Source: Escherichia phage EC150. Taken from it: a stretch of 64,000 bases of DNA. The notes under the pieces are model-generated. The model was not told where the DNA came from. It saw nothing but the letters and a program-made list of their open reading frames with translations, and searched no databases. The translations under genes and the position numbers were made by a program. The stretch lies in sequence record ON210137.1, one strand, 5' to 3'. Below, in pieces: positions 37,661-47,234 of this stretch (the stretch's first letter is position 1; each line of letters starts with the position of its first letter).

Positions 37661-38928
37661 GTGCACAATATTCTTACATAGTAAGCACTGGTGTGATCAC
37701 CATTGACACGGCAGATTTATTGGCTGATATTCAAGGTGAATGGATTGAGTCTTTAGGGGTCGGGCTTGATGTTGATGCTTCGACGCCGCAAGGCACGCTA
37801 ATCGCAACAGAGACGTTGGCAAGAACTTCAGTGATGAAGAATAATGCCGAATTGGGAAGTCTCATCAACCCTAACTACTCATATGGAGTATACCTTGATG
37901 CAATAGCGGCGCTTCTTGGCATCGAGCGCACAAAGAATGTAAGCACAATGTTGAAAGGTGTGACTGCAGAGGGAACGCCGCTGCTGGAAATTCCTGCTGG
38001 AAGTCTTCTTACTGATTCAAATGGTACATACTGGTATGTGCTGGAAGACGTTCAAATCACTTCGACTGGCAAGACAAGCAATATGACTCTTGCTTCAAAA
38101 GAGTATGGCTCATTCACTGTTGCGCCTGATGAAGAGTTTACAGTTGTGCAAGGTTATGACGTCATCGGATGGTCAAGAACTTATTCAACATCATCAACGA
38201 CGACCGTGCCAGGCACGCAATACATGGGCGACGGAGCATTAAAGGCCGCTCGCGTTAAGCGTCTTTACCAGCAGGGAATCGCATCGCTTGGTGCCATTCG
38301 CGCTCGCGCCATGTCGGTCGACGGTGTAGAATCTGTGATGGTCGTGGAGAATGACACGGGAGTCCCTGGAACGGTGCGCGGCATTACGTTCTCAACGCCT
38401 AACGGTGTTTGGGTATGTGCAAGCGGAACATTTGACAAGCAGGTGTTTGCGGAGACGATATTCAAGGCGAAGATGGGCGGTCAACCTTGGGACTTTGGTG
38501 CTACTAATCAAGGGAATCCGGTAAACTCGCCTGATGGAATCGAAGTGGTCGATGCAGAATCACAGTTGTCTTATTTCGTCAAATTTAACACTGCAGTGAT
38601 ATATGATTTGTATGTTGACATAACCGTTTCAAGAGGAACGGCGACCGCTGATGCAGAGTCCATTATTGCCGCTGTACTAAATTACGGAAATGGCAATTTT
38701 AACGGTGAGCAGGGATATACAGTAGGCCAATCTCAATCTTCTTTTGAAATTGCTTCGGCAGTATCCTGCGAATATCCAGGACTTTATATCAAAGATTGCA
38801 AAATTGCAGCAGTTAAAAGCGGACAGGCAGCGCCAACTTATCCTTCCGATTATGGCAGCGAGTGGATTGCCAATCCTTGGGACAAGGCCAATACTATGCG
38901 CGGCTTCATCAACGTTAAATTTGTGTGA
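37657..38928 (+). CDS. baseplate J-like protein
   Basis: 423 aa; position after spike and before wedge/fibre genes. Confidence 0.5.
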   Translation: MSAQYSYIVSTGVITIDTADLLADIQGEWIESLGVGLDVDASTPQGTLIATETLARTSVMKNNAELGSLINPNYSYGVYLDAIAALLGIERTKNVSTMLKGVTAEGTPLLEIPAGSLLTDSNGTYWYVLEDVQITSTGKTSNMTLASKEYGSFTVAPDEEFTVVQGYDVIGWSRTYSTSSTTTVPGTQYMGDGALKAARVKRLYQQGIASLGAIRARAMSVDGVESVMVVENDTGVPGTVRGITFSTPNGVWVCASGTFDKQVFAETIFKAKMGGQPWDFGATNQGNPVNSPDGIEVVDAESQLSYFVKFNTAVIYDLYVDITVSRGTATADAESIIAAVLNYGNGNFNGEQGYTVGQSQSSFEIASAVSCEYPGLYIKDCKIAAVKSGQAAPTYPSDYGSEWIANPWDKANTMRGFINVKFV

Positions 38929-38934
38929 GGAACT

Positions 38935-41673
38935 ATGCAAAAGTTTGACACAAACCTGTTGCAAAACCTTAAGTGGATGCAGAACAACGCGCCAAACATC
39001 ACATCTTTGGTTCAGAAGAAGAGTGATTGGTATGAGCGATATCAAGATCAGTTTTGGATTGACTGGTACAAAAACATATTCAACATTGATACTTGTGATG
39101 CAATGGGCATCTATATTTGGTGCGACATCCTATGCATACCAAGAGACTTTGTTGACTTAAGTAACTATGAGCACAACTGGGCATTCGGGCCAACACGCGA
39201 CAACTTTGAAGGGCCGGACAATATCGGCGGCAACTTCTTTGGTGCTGGCGGAAAGGTTGTGAAAAACATTGAAGAAGCGCGCATCCTTCTGAAGCTTCGT
39301 TATCTGACGCTTACAAGTGATGGCCGCATCGAAAGCATCAACCGTATGCTTAAGTGGATTTTTAACCGTGGGGAAGCTTGGGATTACTCTTCATCCCGAT
39401 ACGCATATGTGACAGACAATACTCAAGGCGCGGTGTCTTCTTCTGAATCAACAAACGGTTCATTCCTTCTGTATGACTGGCAGGGGTCGACTGAGATTCA
39501 GCACGATTATAAACAAATTCTTTTGAGTCACGGCAACAACGCAGGACTTACCATAAGTGGGGTGGCAGGGACTGTTTCGCGAATGGCACACCCAGACTGG
39601 TATTCATGGGGTAATGGGTCCGGCGCTGGTATTGTCGGCGGTGATACACGCCAATATGGCGGCCCTGACTATTACGGCCAACTGTGCGGTGATTACCCAG
39701 GAGAGGCCATAGAGAATTTCGCCAACGCAGTACGGGTCATCAAGACTGCTTCCAGCGGCGAGCCTGTGTATTCTTTGGCCAGTAATCCAAGTGCCCAATC
39801 TATTGCGCTTCCTTCTCAGGCTGGTGTCAACGTTTGCTATAGCTTCTACATAAAAGTGCTTTCTGAAAACGTGGCTTCTGTTTCCGTAACAGAGAACAGT
39901 GATGCATCGAGTAATGGAAAACTTTTCGACCCAGTGACTGGGCAGTTCAACCTTGACTCTTCTTTGAGTTATTTCATCACAGGCAAGTTCGACGGTGTGA
40001 GAAGGGAATCAAACCGTGGTGGCATCAAGGCAATCGGCGGCGATTGGTACAGAATCTGGATTGTAGAACAAACTGCGAACGCGACAGCTGGGGTAAACAC
40101 AAGCTTTTCAATTGAGTTGAAAGCAACTGCCGCTGGATCAACCCAGACTCGCGAATTGCCTGAAGGGTCTGATGCACTTCTTTTTGGATACTCCATTTGC
40201 GTTTGCGACCCTGTTCAGAATCCTAATGGGCCTGAGCCTTATTTCTATGGGACTCAAAATCCGCCTGCAGATGGAACAGCAATTTTGTCTGTCACGGCAG
40301 GAACGCTCAACAGCATTTCTTGCGCAAACGGTCCGTTGACGACAAGAAATGGCGTGGTGGGCGAGTCATTTATGCAGCCTGGGTCATCACTTGCGTACTC
40401 TGGTTCAATCGGCGGCTACCCGTACCCAGGAAACGCCACTCTAATCGCAGAAACAGACGGAATCAGACGCTCATGGAACGTTAGCCGATTGGACGGAGTA
40501 CCGCCGCCGCCGACCGCTGACTATTACATGGAATACGTCATCGGGCCTTATTTCGCCAACAACTTGTCTGATAACTTTAAGACGCTAGTTGGTGACAGGA
40601 ATGAAGGATTCTTGCCAGCAAATGCCGGAATACGTTGGCAGCTTTACCAAGAAGTCGCAGACTTATCTGATATTGATTTGACTGTCAGCAACATAACAGA
40701 CACGCGAGTAGGATTCGAAACGGAAGGTGTCGCATGGATTAACACTGACGGCATCATCAGAGTTGGCGGCATTAACGAGTGGCCGTTGAACAACTTCAAA
40801 GGTGTTATACGACAGCTTGAGTCTTTGAAAGGTGTGAACCAAGTTATCGACGGCGCACTTGTCAACGACTATTCAATCTCAAAAGCATCAAGAGATGACT
40901 TTGGTCGTGAAATCCCACGTGCCGCGATCACAAACTACTGGCGATACACACAGCCCAATGACGGCACATCTTTTGGCAACATCGTCAAGGACGGAGACAA
41001 CACGGTAACGGCAACGCCAATAAGCGGTGTGCCCAACCAGTTTCCATCATTCAAGCTTTCCGCTACAATAGGGACTGTGCCAGCGTCCGGCTATGCACGC
41101 GCTGTACTTGCTACTAAATACACTGGCAGCCTGACTGGTCCTTTGTCATTTATCGCAATAGTTAAAAACAACACGGTAAACGGTCAAAAACTTTTCGTAA
41201 CCGTACCGGATGGTATGGGCGGCTATATCCCTAAATTCTACAGCATAGGCGCAGGTGATTTGCAACGTATCGAAATTGACCTTGCCGCTGAGATTGTTGC
41301 AGGAACGACTTGGGATGGTTCGACGGGTGGAGTCAGTATTGGTTTGATATCAGGGAAAGACTTGCCGACCGAAGTTGGTACGACTCTTGAACTTGATATT
41401 TTAAGCTTGATGCTTGTTTCTGGTAATACGATGAATGCGCTTGCGATTTCAACAAGCGAAGATTTTGCAAAGAAAACTGCAACTTCTATATACATCAAAA
41501 ACCCAGGGTCACTGGCGACTGGAGTGCAATTGATAGCTTCGAATGGGGATGTTGTAGCGACAGTAAACTTTCCAAGAAGTGCTGCTGGCGGTTATGTTTC
41601 AAGCATGAATATAACTGACTTAACTGGTGATTGGGCATCAACCCTTTTATCAAAAATTAAATACATCGTGTAG
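38935..41673 (+). CDS. baseplate wedge / tail-fibre-associated structural protein (912 aa)
   Basis: Large Gly/Ser/Thr/Asn-rich protein downstream of baseplate J-like gene. Confidence 0.55.
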   Translation: MQKFDTNLLQNLKWMQNNAPNITSLVQKKSDWYERYQDQFWIDWYKNIFNIDTCDAMGIYIWCDILCIPRDFVDLSNYEHNWAFGPTRDNFEGPDNIGGNFFGAGGKVVKNIEEARILLKLRYLTLTSDGRIESINRMLKWIFNRGEAWDYSSSRYAYVTDNTQGAVSSSESTNGSFLLYDWQGSTEIQHDYKQILLSHGNNAGLTISGVAGTVSRMAHPDWYSWGNGSGAGIVGGDTRQYGGPDYYGQLCGDYPGEAIENFANAVRVIKTASSGEPVYSLASNPSAQSIALPSQAGVNVCYSFYIKVLSENVASVSVTENSDASSNGKLFDPVTGQFNLDSSLSYFITGKFDGVRRESNRGGIKAIGGDWYRIWIVEQTANATAGVNTSFSIELKATAAGSTQTRELPEGSDALLFGYSICVCDPVQNPNGPEPYFYGTQNPPADGTAILSVTAGTLNSISCANGPLTTRNGVVGESFMQPGSSLAYSGSIGGYPYPGNATLIAETDGIRRSWNVSRLDGVPPPPTADYYMEYVIGPYFANNLSDNFKTLVGDRNEGFLPANAGIRWQLYQEVADLSDIDLTVSNITDTRVGFETEGVAWINTDGIIRVGGINEWPLNNFKGVIRQLESLKGVNQVIDGALVNDYSISKASRDDFGREIPRAAITNYWRYTQPNDGTSFGNIVKDGDNTVTATPISGVPNQFPSFKLSATIGTVPASGYARAVLATKYTGSLTGPLSFIAIVKNNTVNGQKLFVTVPDGMGGYIPKFYSIGAGDLQRIEIDLAAEIVAGTTWDGSTGGVSIGLISGKDLPTEVGTTLELDILSLMLVSGNTMNALAISTSEDFAKKTATSIYIKNPGSLATGVQLIASNGDVVATVNFPRSAAGGYVSSMNITDLTGDWASTLLSKIKYIV

Positions 41674-41683
41674 AGGAACGGCA

Positions 41684-43471
41684 ATGCCAACACTTATTAA
41701 CAGACCTTTCGCGCAAAGCGGTGATGTATCCGTGGTGCCGGATGCAAGCCCAAGCGGTTATGTGAACTTCCAGCGCGGCTACACCCCTGACTATGCACTT
41801 GCCCTGGAGGCTGGAAACGTCGCCGCGAAAGCTGTTGAGCGCGAATCAATGAACTGGTTGCTGAATTTGATTACAGACAACCTTATGTTTATTCAAGATC
41901 ATGGCGCTCAACAATATTTCTCTTCTGACTTGAAGCCGGATGGATACCCGAAAAACGCCATCGTAGTAAGCAACTCTGGAACGCCTTCAGCGCCTGAGTG
42001 GCGCATCTTTCAAAGCGTGGTCGACGGCAACACAAGCGCCGTACCAGCTAACGGAGAAACGGAATCTTGGCAGGAATTAACGTTGCCCAGCGAAGCGCGA
42101 AAATACATTCCGATGCCTGCTGGCGGCGATGCGCAAAACCCGTACTTTGTTCGCGGATTGATTTCAAGTTTTGTGGACTTCGATAATATTACGACTTCCA
42201 CCACTATTGTAATTCAATCCGATTCCGTCGCTGCTCTGTGCTCTAACATCCCGAATGCGGTTGGCGCAACGAAGGTTGCAGGTCGGCTGCAGGTCTGCGC
42301 TTGGCAGGTCGATGCACAAACATTTGCCTTGCAGCAATATACATCAATGAATGGCTATTTGTTTACTCGCTCTTACACTTCTGGTGCTTGGAGTGCTTGG
42401 ATTCAAAATGCCACTGTTCAAGACGTGCAAATCGGAACTCCAAACCTTGCATCTGGTAAAGGCGCGCAAGATATAATCCTCACCGTTCCAGCAGGGTATT
42501 CATGGCCACCTTCTGCGGGTAGTCGTTTGACCATCGTCAATGACGTGACTACTACCGGACCTGTCACCGTGACCATTGGTGTAAACAAAGTTGCCGTTCT
42601 TGGATTCGACGGCGGCGAGTTACCAGCTGGCGCTATCGTAGGCTTGTTGCCATTCACCATCATTTATGACGGCGCTGTTTGGCGTCTCCTTCAGGCATTT
42701 GGCGCGGCGCAAATCGGCGTTGATGCTACTGAGCCGCAACAGTTTGTTACAAAGCGCCAACTCGATGCTTTGGCTGCGAAGTTGATCACTATGGGTGATG
42801 TATTCGAAGTAGGTGAGACTCGATTCCTCACCAACGGGACCAACCCAAACACTAAACTGGGCGCTTACGGTCAGGTATGGACACGACTTCCTGATAACAT
42901 GGTCATCAGAACATCTGGCACGGCGCGAAACGGTCTTGCCACTGGCGGCGCGGACTCTGTTACTCTTACCGCCGCCATGCTTCCTCTCCACAATCACAGC
43001 GTCAACATAACAACGCGCCAGAGCGGACCATGGTCCAATACAACTGGAGACGCAGGTAACCATAACCACACAGGCGATACAAGCCAAAACGGCGCTCACG
43101 TCCACGGTATGGATGCAGCAGGGAATCACCATCACGACAGCGGTTGGGGAGAGTCAAACGTTCAAGATGCAAGGTACGGCGTTTATGATGGAACGCAAAA
43201 CAACTTCGGAAGTCGAAAGGGCGGCGACTGGGATAACTACAAATACAATACTTCAACTAATGGCAACCATGTCCATAATATTCAATCTTCTGGATCACAC
43301 ACCCATGGTTTGAATATAAATTACGCTGGTAATCATAGCCATGGCTATACACTTCCCGCTCACACTCACGATGTGGTCGGGAATACTGGCGATGCAGGAC
43401 AGTTGGTGCCAACGGCTGTTGCGACTTTGCCGCGATACGTTGTTTTGAATGGCTGGTACAGAAGCGCATAA
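41684..43471 (+). CDS. tail fibre with His-rich repeated C-terminal region
   Basis: 595 aa from ATG after GAGGAA; C-terminal HNH...NHNHTGD...HVHG...NHHHD...NHVHN...SHTHG...NHSHG...HTHD repeats. Confidence 0.7.
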   Translation: MPTLINRPFAQSGDVSVVPDASPSGYVNFQRGYTPDYALALEAGNVAAKAVERESMNWLLNLITDNLMFIQDHGAQQYFSSDLKPDGYPKNAIVVSNSGTPSAPEWRIFQSVVDGNTSAVPANGETESWQELTLPSEARKYIPMPAGGDAQNPYFVRGLISSFVDFDNITTSTTIVIQSDSVAALCSNIPNAVGATKVAGRLQVCAWQVDAQTFALQQYTSMNGYLFTRSYTSGAWSAWIQNATVQDVQIGTPNLASGKGAQDIILTVPAGYSWPPSAGSRLTIVNDVTTTGPVTVTIGVNKVAVLGFDGGELPAGAIVGLLPFTIIYDGAVWRLLQAFGAAQIGVDATEPQQFVTKRQLDALAAKLITMGDVFEVGETRFLTNGTNPNTKLGAYGQVWTRLPDNMVIRTSGTARNGLATGGADSVTLTAAMLPLHNHSVNITTRQSGPWSNTTGDAGNHNHTGDTSQNGAHVHGMDAAGNHHHDSGWGESNVQDARYGVYDGTQNNFGSRKGGDWDNYKYNTSTNGNHVHNIQSSGSHTHGLNINYAGNHSHGYTLPAHTHDVVGNTGDAGQLVPTAVATLPRYVVLNGWYRSA

Positions 43472-43479
43472 GGTGATTT

Positions 43480-44124
43480 ATGATTAATGCAAACGTAATA
43501 TCTAAAGGGACCGGATGCAGCATGGATGTTGCAGAGAAATGGGTGGACCCTTTCAAGCAGGCTTGTGAGCACTACGGAATCAAAAGCAAGAATGCCATCG
43601 CGGCATTCCTTGCAAACGTAGGAGTAGAGACGGGCAGCTTGAAGACCTTTGTGGAAAATCTCAACTACTCTGCTCAAGGTCTTGCCAATACATGGCCTAG
43701 TCGTTACAGCGTCAGCGGTCGCTCTGGAAGTGCCCCGAACTCATTGGCCCTGTCGATTGCCCGTAAACCTGTGGAAATCGCCAATAATACATATGCAAAC
43801 CGCATGGGCAACGGTTCAGTAGCATCTGGCGACGGTTGGAAGTACCGTGGCCGTGGTGCCATTCAGCTGACTGGAAAGGCCAACTATGCGGAATATACGC
43901 GTCAATCAGGCTATGATGCATTGAACAATCCTGATATTCTGACTGAACCAAAATACATTGCTGACAGCGCGGCATGGTTCTTTAAGAATAGCGGCTGTAT
44001 TCCTCTTGCGGATGCAGGAAATTTTGATTCAACCGTTAAGCGGATTAACGGGGCCGCGCCGAACGCAGCAAACCACGGTGAGTTGCGAAGAAAGCGTTAC
44101 AAAGATGCACTAGCAGTTATGTAA
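43480..44124 (+). CDS. endolysin, glycoside hydrolase family 19-like
   Basis: AIAAFLANVGVETG and GDGWKYRGRGAIQLTGKANY motifs typical of GH19 lysins; no signal peptide. Confidence 0.8.
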   Translation: MINANVISKGTGCSMDVAEKWVDPFKQACEHYGIKSKNAIAAFLANVGVETGSLKTFVENLNYSAQGLANTWPSRYSVSGRSGSAPNSLALSIARKPVEIANNTYANRMGNGSVASGDGWKYRGRGAIQLTGKANYAEYTRQSGYDALNNPDILTEPKYIADSAAWFFKNSGCIPLADAGNFDSTVKRINGAAPNAANHGELRRKRYKDALAVM

Positions 44125-44150
44125 GAAAAAGGCCCATATGGGCCTTTGTT
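44125..44150. terminator. bidirectional rho-independent terminator
   Basis: Palindrome GGCCCATATGGGCC flanked by an A-run upstream and T-run downstream, between convergent endolysin and minus-strand genes. Confidence 0.6.
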
Positions 44151-44380
44151 TATTTTACGGCTTCAACTTGGACGGGCGGAGCGGAACTTGTATCAATGTC
44201 TGGTAAGTCGAAATAATACCCCGCCATACCAATTGCACCCACAATCGCGGCCCGTGCCACCTTGCTGCTAATTGACTCCCCAATAAGCTTTACCAACAGG
44301 GATAAGATTTGAGACATCAAAGCCTTTTTCAGCCTTTTGTTTTCTTCCAAATCTTTCTGCATAACTACCACCCATGTCAA
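44150..44380 (-). CDS. hypothetical protein (76 aa)
   Basis: Last gene of the minus-strand block; contains hydrophobic AAIVGAIGMAGYYF segment. Confidence 0.35.
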   Translation of the reverse strand: MTWVVVMQKDLEENKRLKKALMSQILSLLVKLIGESISSKVARAAIVGAIGMAGYYFDLPDIDTSSAPPVQVEAVK

Positions 44381-44919
44381 CGCACTTCCTGTGTCTTAAC
44401 ATTACCTGAAGCATCTCTCAAGGGCAGTGGATAGTAGGCCATTTGGTAGTCTGATACGCCTTCAATGTGATAAAACACGATTACGTCTTTGCTGTTGATG
44501 AGCATGTTAACGATATCTGATTTATCTTCTGGAGTGAGTATTAGTGCGCCGCCTGTCCTGCTGTCTACTGCAACAGGGTATGTCTTGTCGACAAGGCCGC
44601 TGTCCAATGTATTATACCTGACAACGATTTCAGGGGCATCAACTTTTTCCATTGACATTCCGAACACAAACGACACGACCTGCCGACCGCGATCATTCAT
44701 TACGCACATCTTTTCTTTGTCAAATCTTTCTTTTATTGCGTCGTATTTATTCCAGCAAAACTCAAATGACTGCCCATTGTTGAAATATCTTGTCAAAACT
44801 TTTGCACTTCCATTCGGCGGCGTAAACATATTTTCAGCCGATGCAGTCTTGGTGAAGAATATAACTGTCAGCACAGCCATGATGATGATCAAAACAATCT
44901 TTAACTTGTTCGCTTTCAT
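44377..44919 (-). CDS. secreted/periplasmic protein (180 aa)
   Basis: N-terminal signal-peptide-like sequence MKANKLKIVLIIIMAVLTVIFFTKTASA. Confidence 0.5.
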   Translation of the reverse strand: MKANKLKIVLIIIMAVLTVIFFTKTASAENMFTPPNGSAKVLTRYFNNGQSFEFCWNKYDAIKERFDKEKMCVMNDRGRQVVSFVFGMSMEKVDAPEIVVRYNTLDSGLVDKTYPVAVDSRTGGALILTPEDKSDIVNMLINSKDVIVFYHIEGVSDYQMAYYPLPLRDASGNVKTQEVR

Positions 44920-45003
44920 TATAATTCACCTTTTGATTATGAATATTAATAGTATAGGCTCAAGGTTTTGAAAGTAAATACGCCGAAAGTAAATAAAAGA
45001 AAA

Positions 45004-45022
45004 GCCGGAAATTTCCGGCTTT
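45004..45022 (-). terminator. rho-independent terminator after ligase gene
   Basis: Palindrome GCCGGAAATTTCCGGC flanked by A- and T-runs. Confidence 0.55.
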
Positions 45023-45094
45023 ATGTATACACTGTATATTAAATTCTAGAAAACGGCGCGATAGATTATACGCACCAATTATTTATCCAGTGTG

Positions 45095-46072
45095 TTAAAA
45101 ATACTCCATATCGGTAATATCACGGAAGCATTTATACAAGGCAGAGCGCGGCACGTCAACGATGCCAAAGTTGAAGAATTTATATGTCAGATACTTGTTG
45201 CGATAATTCTCGCGATTCTCCCAAAGCATTTTTCTCTCTGCCATAGGCATTGAACCAGCGGATACGCGGAAAGGAATCATTTCACCTTTCTCATCAACAT
45301 ATTTTGGATTGACAACCACAAATGATCCAAGGTATCCTTTTGCAACTAAGCCTTCAGCCTCTTTCGAACGCTTAGTGCGACCCAACTCATCAATGAATGC
45401 TTCGTTGTTATTCTCCATCATCTCAACGAAGTCTATGATCAGACCTTCTTCATCGGTCCACGGCTTGTCCTTCCACACATCACGTGACTTTGGCGTCGCG
45501 CGGCCATGCTTGTATTTGCCCGTCCAAGACTTGCCATACAAGCCTTCATAGCCAAGCTGGTCTGCTTCGATTTGCATCGCCGCGTACTGTTCCATATTTT
45601 CGATGTTTCGATATTCGAGAGCGCGAAGGAATGGGCGTCGACCATGGTTGAGGAGGTGCTGATTGACTTCAGCAACTCTAGCGCGATAGTTTGCATAACG
45701 CTTTTCAAAAGGCAAATCAGGGTCGCTGAAGTCATCAAACACCCACCATGTAAAGTTAGTGATTGCATCAGTGTTCATGCATGCAGTATAGGCCTGTTGC
45801 ATGACGTTCTTGTCGTTCGGATTACCGTCAATTAGCTCTCCATCAAGTCCGTGAATCAATTCACCCAAGAATAGGAACTCTTTTTTGATTTGAATATTGC
45901 GCAGCGCCATGCCGGACGTGCCCATTGGCAAGTTGTCATACGCCATCGCGCGTATGCCATCGACCTTGAAGGATAATCCGCAAGGCAGCGGCACATCTTC
46001 GCCGCGCTCGATGATTTGTTTACGCTGACAGCCTTTCATTGGTTTTAATGCTTTGATTTCTCCTGCCATCAC
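45095..46072 (-). CDS. ATP-dependent DNA ligase (nucleotidyltransferase superfamily)
   Basis: 325 aa; adenylation motif I KxDGxR present as SFKVDGIRA. Confidence 0.65.
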   Translation of the reverse strand: MMAGEIKALKPMKGCQRKQIIERGEDVPLPCGLSFKVDGIRAMAYDNLPMGTSGMALRNIQIKKEFLFLGELIHGLDGELIDGNPNDKNVMQQAYTACMNTDAITNFTWWVFDDFSDPDLPFEKRYANYRARVAEVNQHLLNHGRRPFLRALEYRNIENMEQYAAMQIEADQLGYEGLYGKSWTGKYKHGRATPKSRDVWKDKPWTDEEGLIIDFVEMMENNNEAFIDELGRTKRSKEAEGLVAKGYLGSFVVVNPKYVDEKGEMIPFRVSAGSMPMAERKMLWENRENYRNKYLTYKFFNFGIVDVPRSALYKCFRDITDMEYF

Positions 46073-46662
46073 TCAAACTCCTTATTCATCACTTGTTCCA
46101 GCGCATAGGCATAAGCCTGATCAGTCGATTTGATAAACGTTCCGTTGTACATCACACCTTTACGGTCCTTGATGTCTTCATAGGCGGCTTGAGCGCAATC
46201 AGACAGTCGAAGTCCATAATCATGTGCTACGCCGGAAAGATAATCGACTGCGCCCATGATGGTGACATCAATATCCATACTTTGATTTTTAGCAATGGCG
46301 TCACCAAGCCGTCCAAGAGTCTTTGCCAAGCGAAGGATAAACGAGTGAGGGTGAGCGCCTTTGTCAGCGCAACCGCCGCCGTTGATGTCTTCGATTTTTG
46401 CACCGTTTTGCGCGGCAAGAATAGTTAACACAACAAGGCAATCGCCGATGTCATCCTTGATTGCGGATTGTAAATCACAGATGGCCTGCTCTGTATATCC
46501 GATTTCAGGGTCAAAGAACACAAGGTCATGTAATTGATCAACGTGGTCGGTCAACTCCCCAAACTCGCTAATAAGCTTCGGGTATTGGTCCTTAAGGTCG
46601 CAGCCTTGGATGATGTTACGTTCAGAAGCCCACTGGCGAATGTTTGCATAAATCTGGTTCAT
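46069..46662 (-). CDS. mazG: MazG-like nucleoside triphosphate pyrophosphohydrolase
   Basis: KLISEFGELTDHV and DIGDCLVVL motifs of the all-alpha NTP-PPase fold. Confidence 0.7.
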   Translation of the reverse strand: MNQIYANIRQWASERNIIQGCDLKDQYPKLISEFGELTDHVDQLHDLVFFDPEIGYTEQAICDLQSAIKDDIGDCLVVLTILAAQNGAKIEDINGGGCADKGAHPHSFILRLAKTLGRLGDAIAKNQSMDIDVTIMGAVDYLSGVAHDYGLRLSDCAQAAYEDIKDRKGVMYNGTFIKSTDQAYAYALEQVMNKEFE

Positions 46663-47177
46663 TTATTTTCCTTTGATGCGTTGAATTGATCGATTTTAAT
46701 TTTAGCCTGATTATAAGTATCAATCAAGCTATTAACCTTCTCTTTTAATCGGTTTGTTTCTGCGGCGAACTGAACAAGAAATCTGACATCGTCTTCTGAT
46801 AGTCCACAGTTTCCTTCTGGGATAGAGAGGCGTCCAGTGGTCGCAGAGTCGGGCACACTCCTGAGTAACTCACGGGAGCAGCTGAGTTGCTCGCGCAGCT
46901 TGATATTCCCAGACTTGTAACGAGCAATAGTGTCATCAGCAACCAGTTGCGCTTCCTGGCGACCCTTCTCATATGCCGATGCCGATTCAACCTGTAAAGA
47001 TGCAATTTGCTCTTCGAGTGCATTTATCTTGTCCTTACGCTCATTAAGCGATGTCAGATATTGATTATCCTTTGCCAGTGATGCGTTGGTTTGCTGCAGG
47101 TCTTCAACGTATGATCCAGCGGCAAACGCGCCAACAAGGGCAAGAATCTTCAGGAGCGGTACAATTCTTTCTATCAT
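46659..47177 (-). CDS. Rz-like inner-membrane spanin (i-spanin) candidate
   Basis: 172 aa; N-terminal transmembrane segment IVPLLKILALVGAFAAGSYV then coiled-coil-like domain with Cys residues; o-spanin-like ORF embedded in +1 frame. Confidence 0.45.
   Translation of the reverse strand: MIERIVPLLKILALVGAFAAGSYVEDLQQTNASLAKDNQYLTSLNERKDKINALEEQIASLQVESASAYEKGRQEAQLVADDTIARYKSGNIKLREQLSCSRELLRSVPDSATTGRLSIPEGNCGLSEDDVRFLVQFAAETNRLKEKVNSLIDTYNQAKIKIDQFNASKENK
46745..46972 (-). CDS. embedded Rz1-like outer-membrane lipoprotein spanin (o-spanin) candidate
   Basis: Alternative frame inside 46659-47177; MRRVARKRNWLLMTLLLVTSLGISSC gives basic n-region, hydrophobic core and lipobox-like ISSC; short Pro/Cys-containing mature part. 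Confidence 0.35.
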   Translation of the reverse strand: MRRVARKRNWLLMTLLLVTSLGISSCASNSAAPVSYSGVCPTLRPLDASLSQKETVDYQKTMSDFLFSSPQKQTD

Positions 47178-47234
47178 GATGCACCAGATAAATAAAAGGC
47201 CGCCAATCGGCAGCCTTGTTGATTTGATTGTCGA

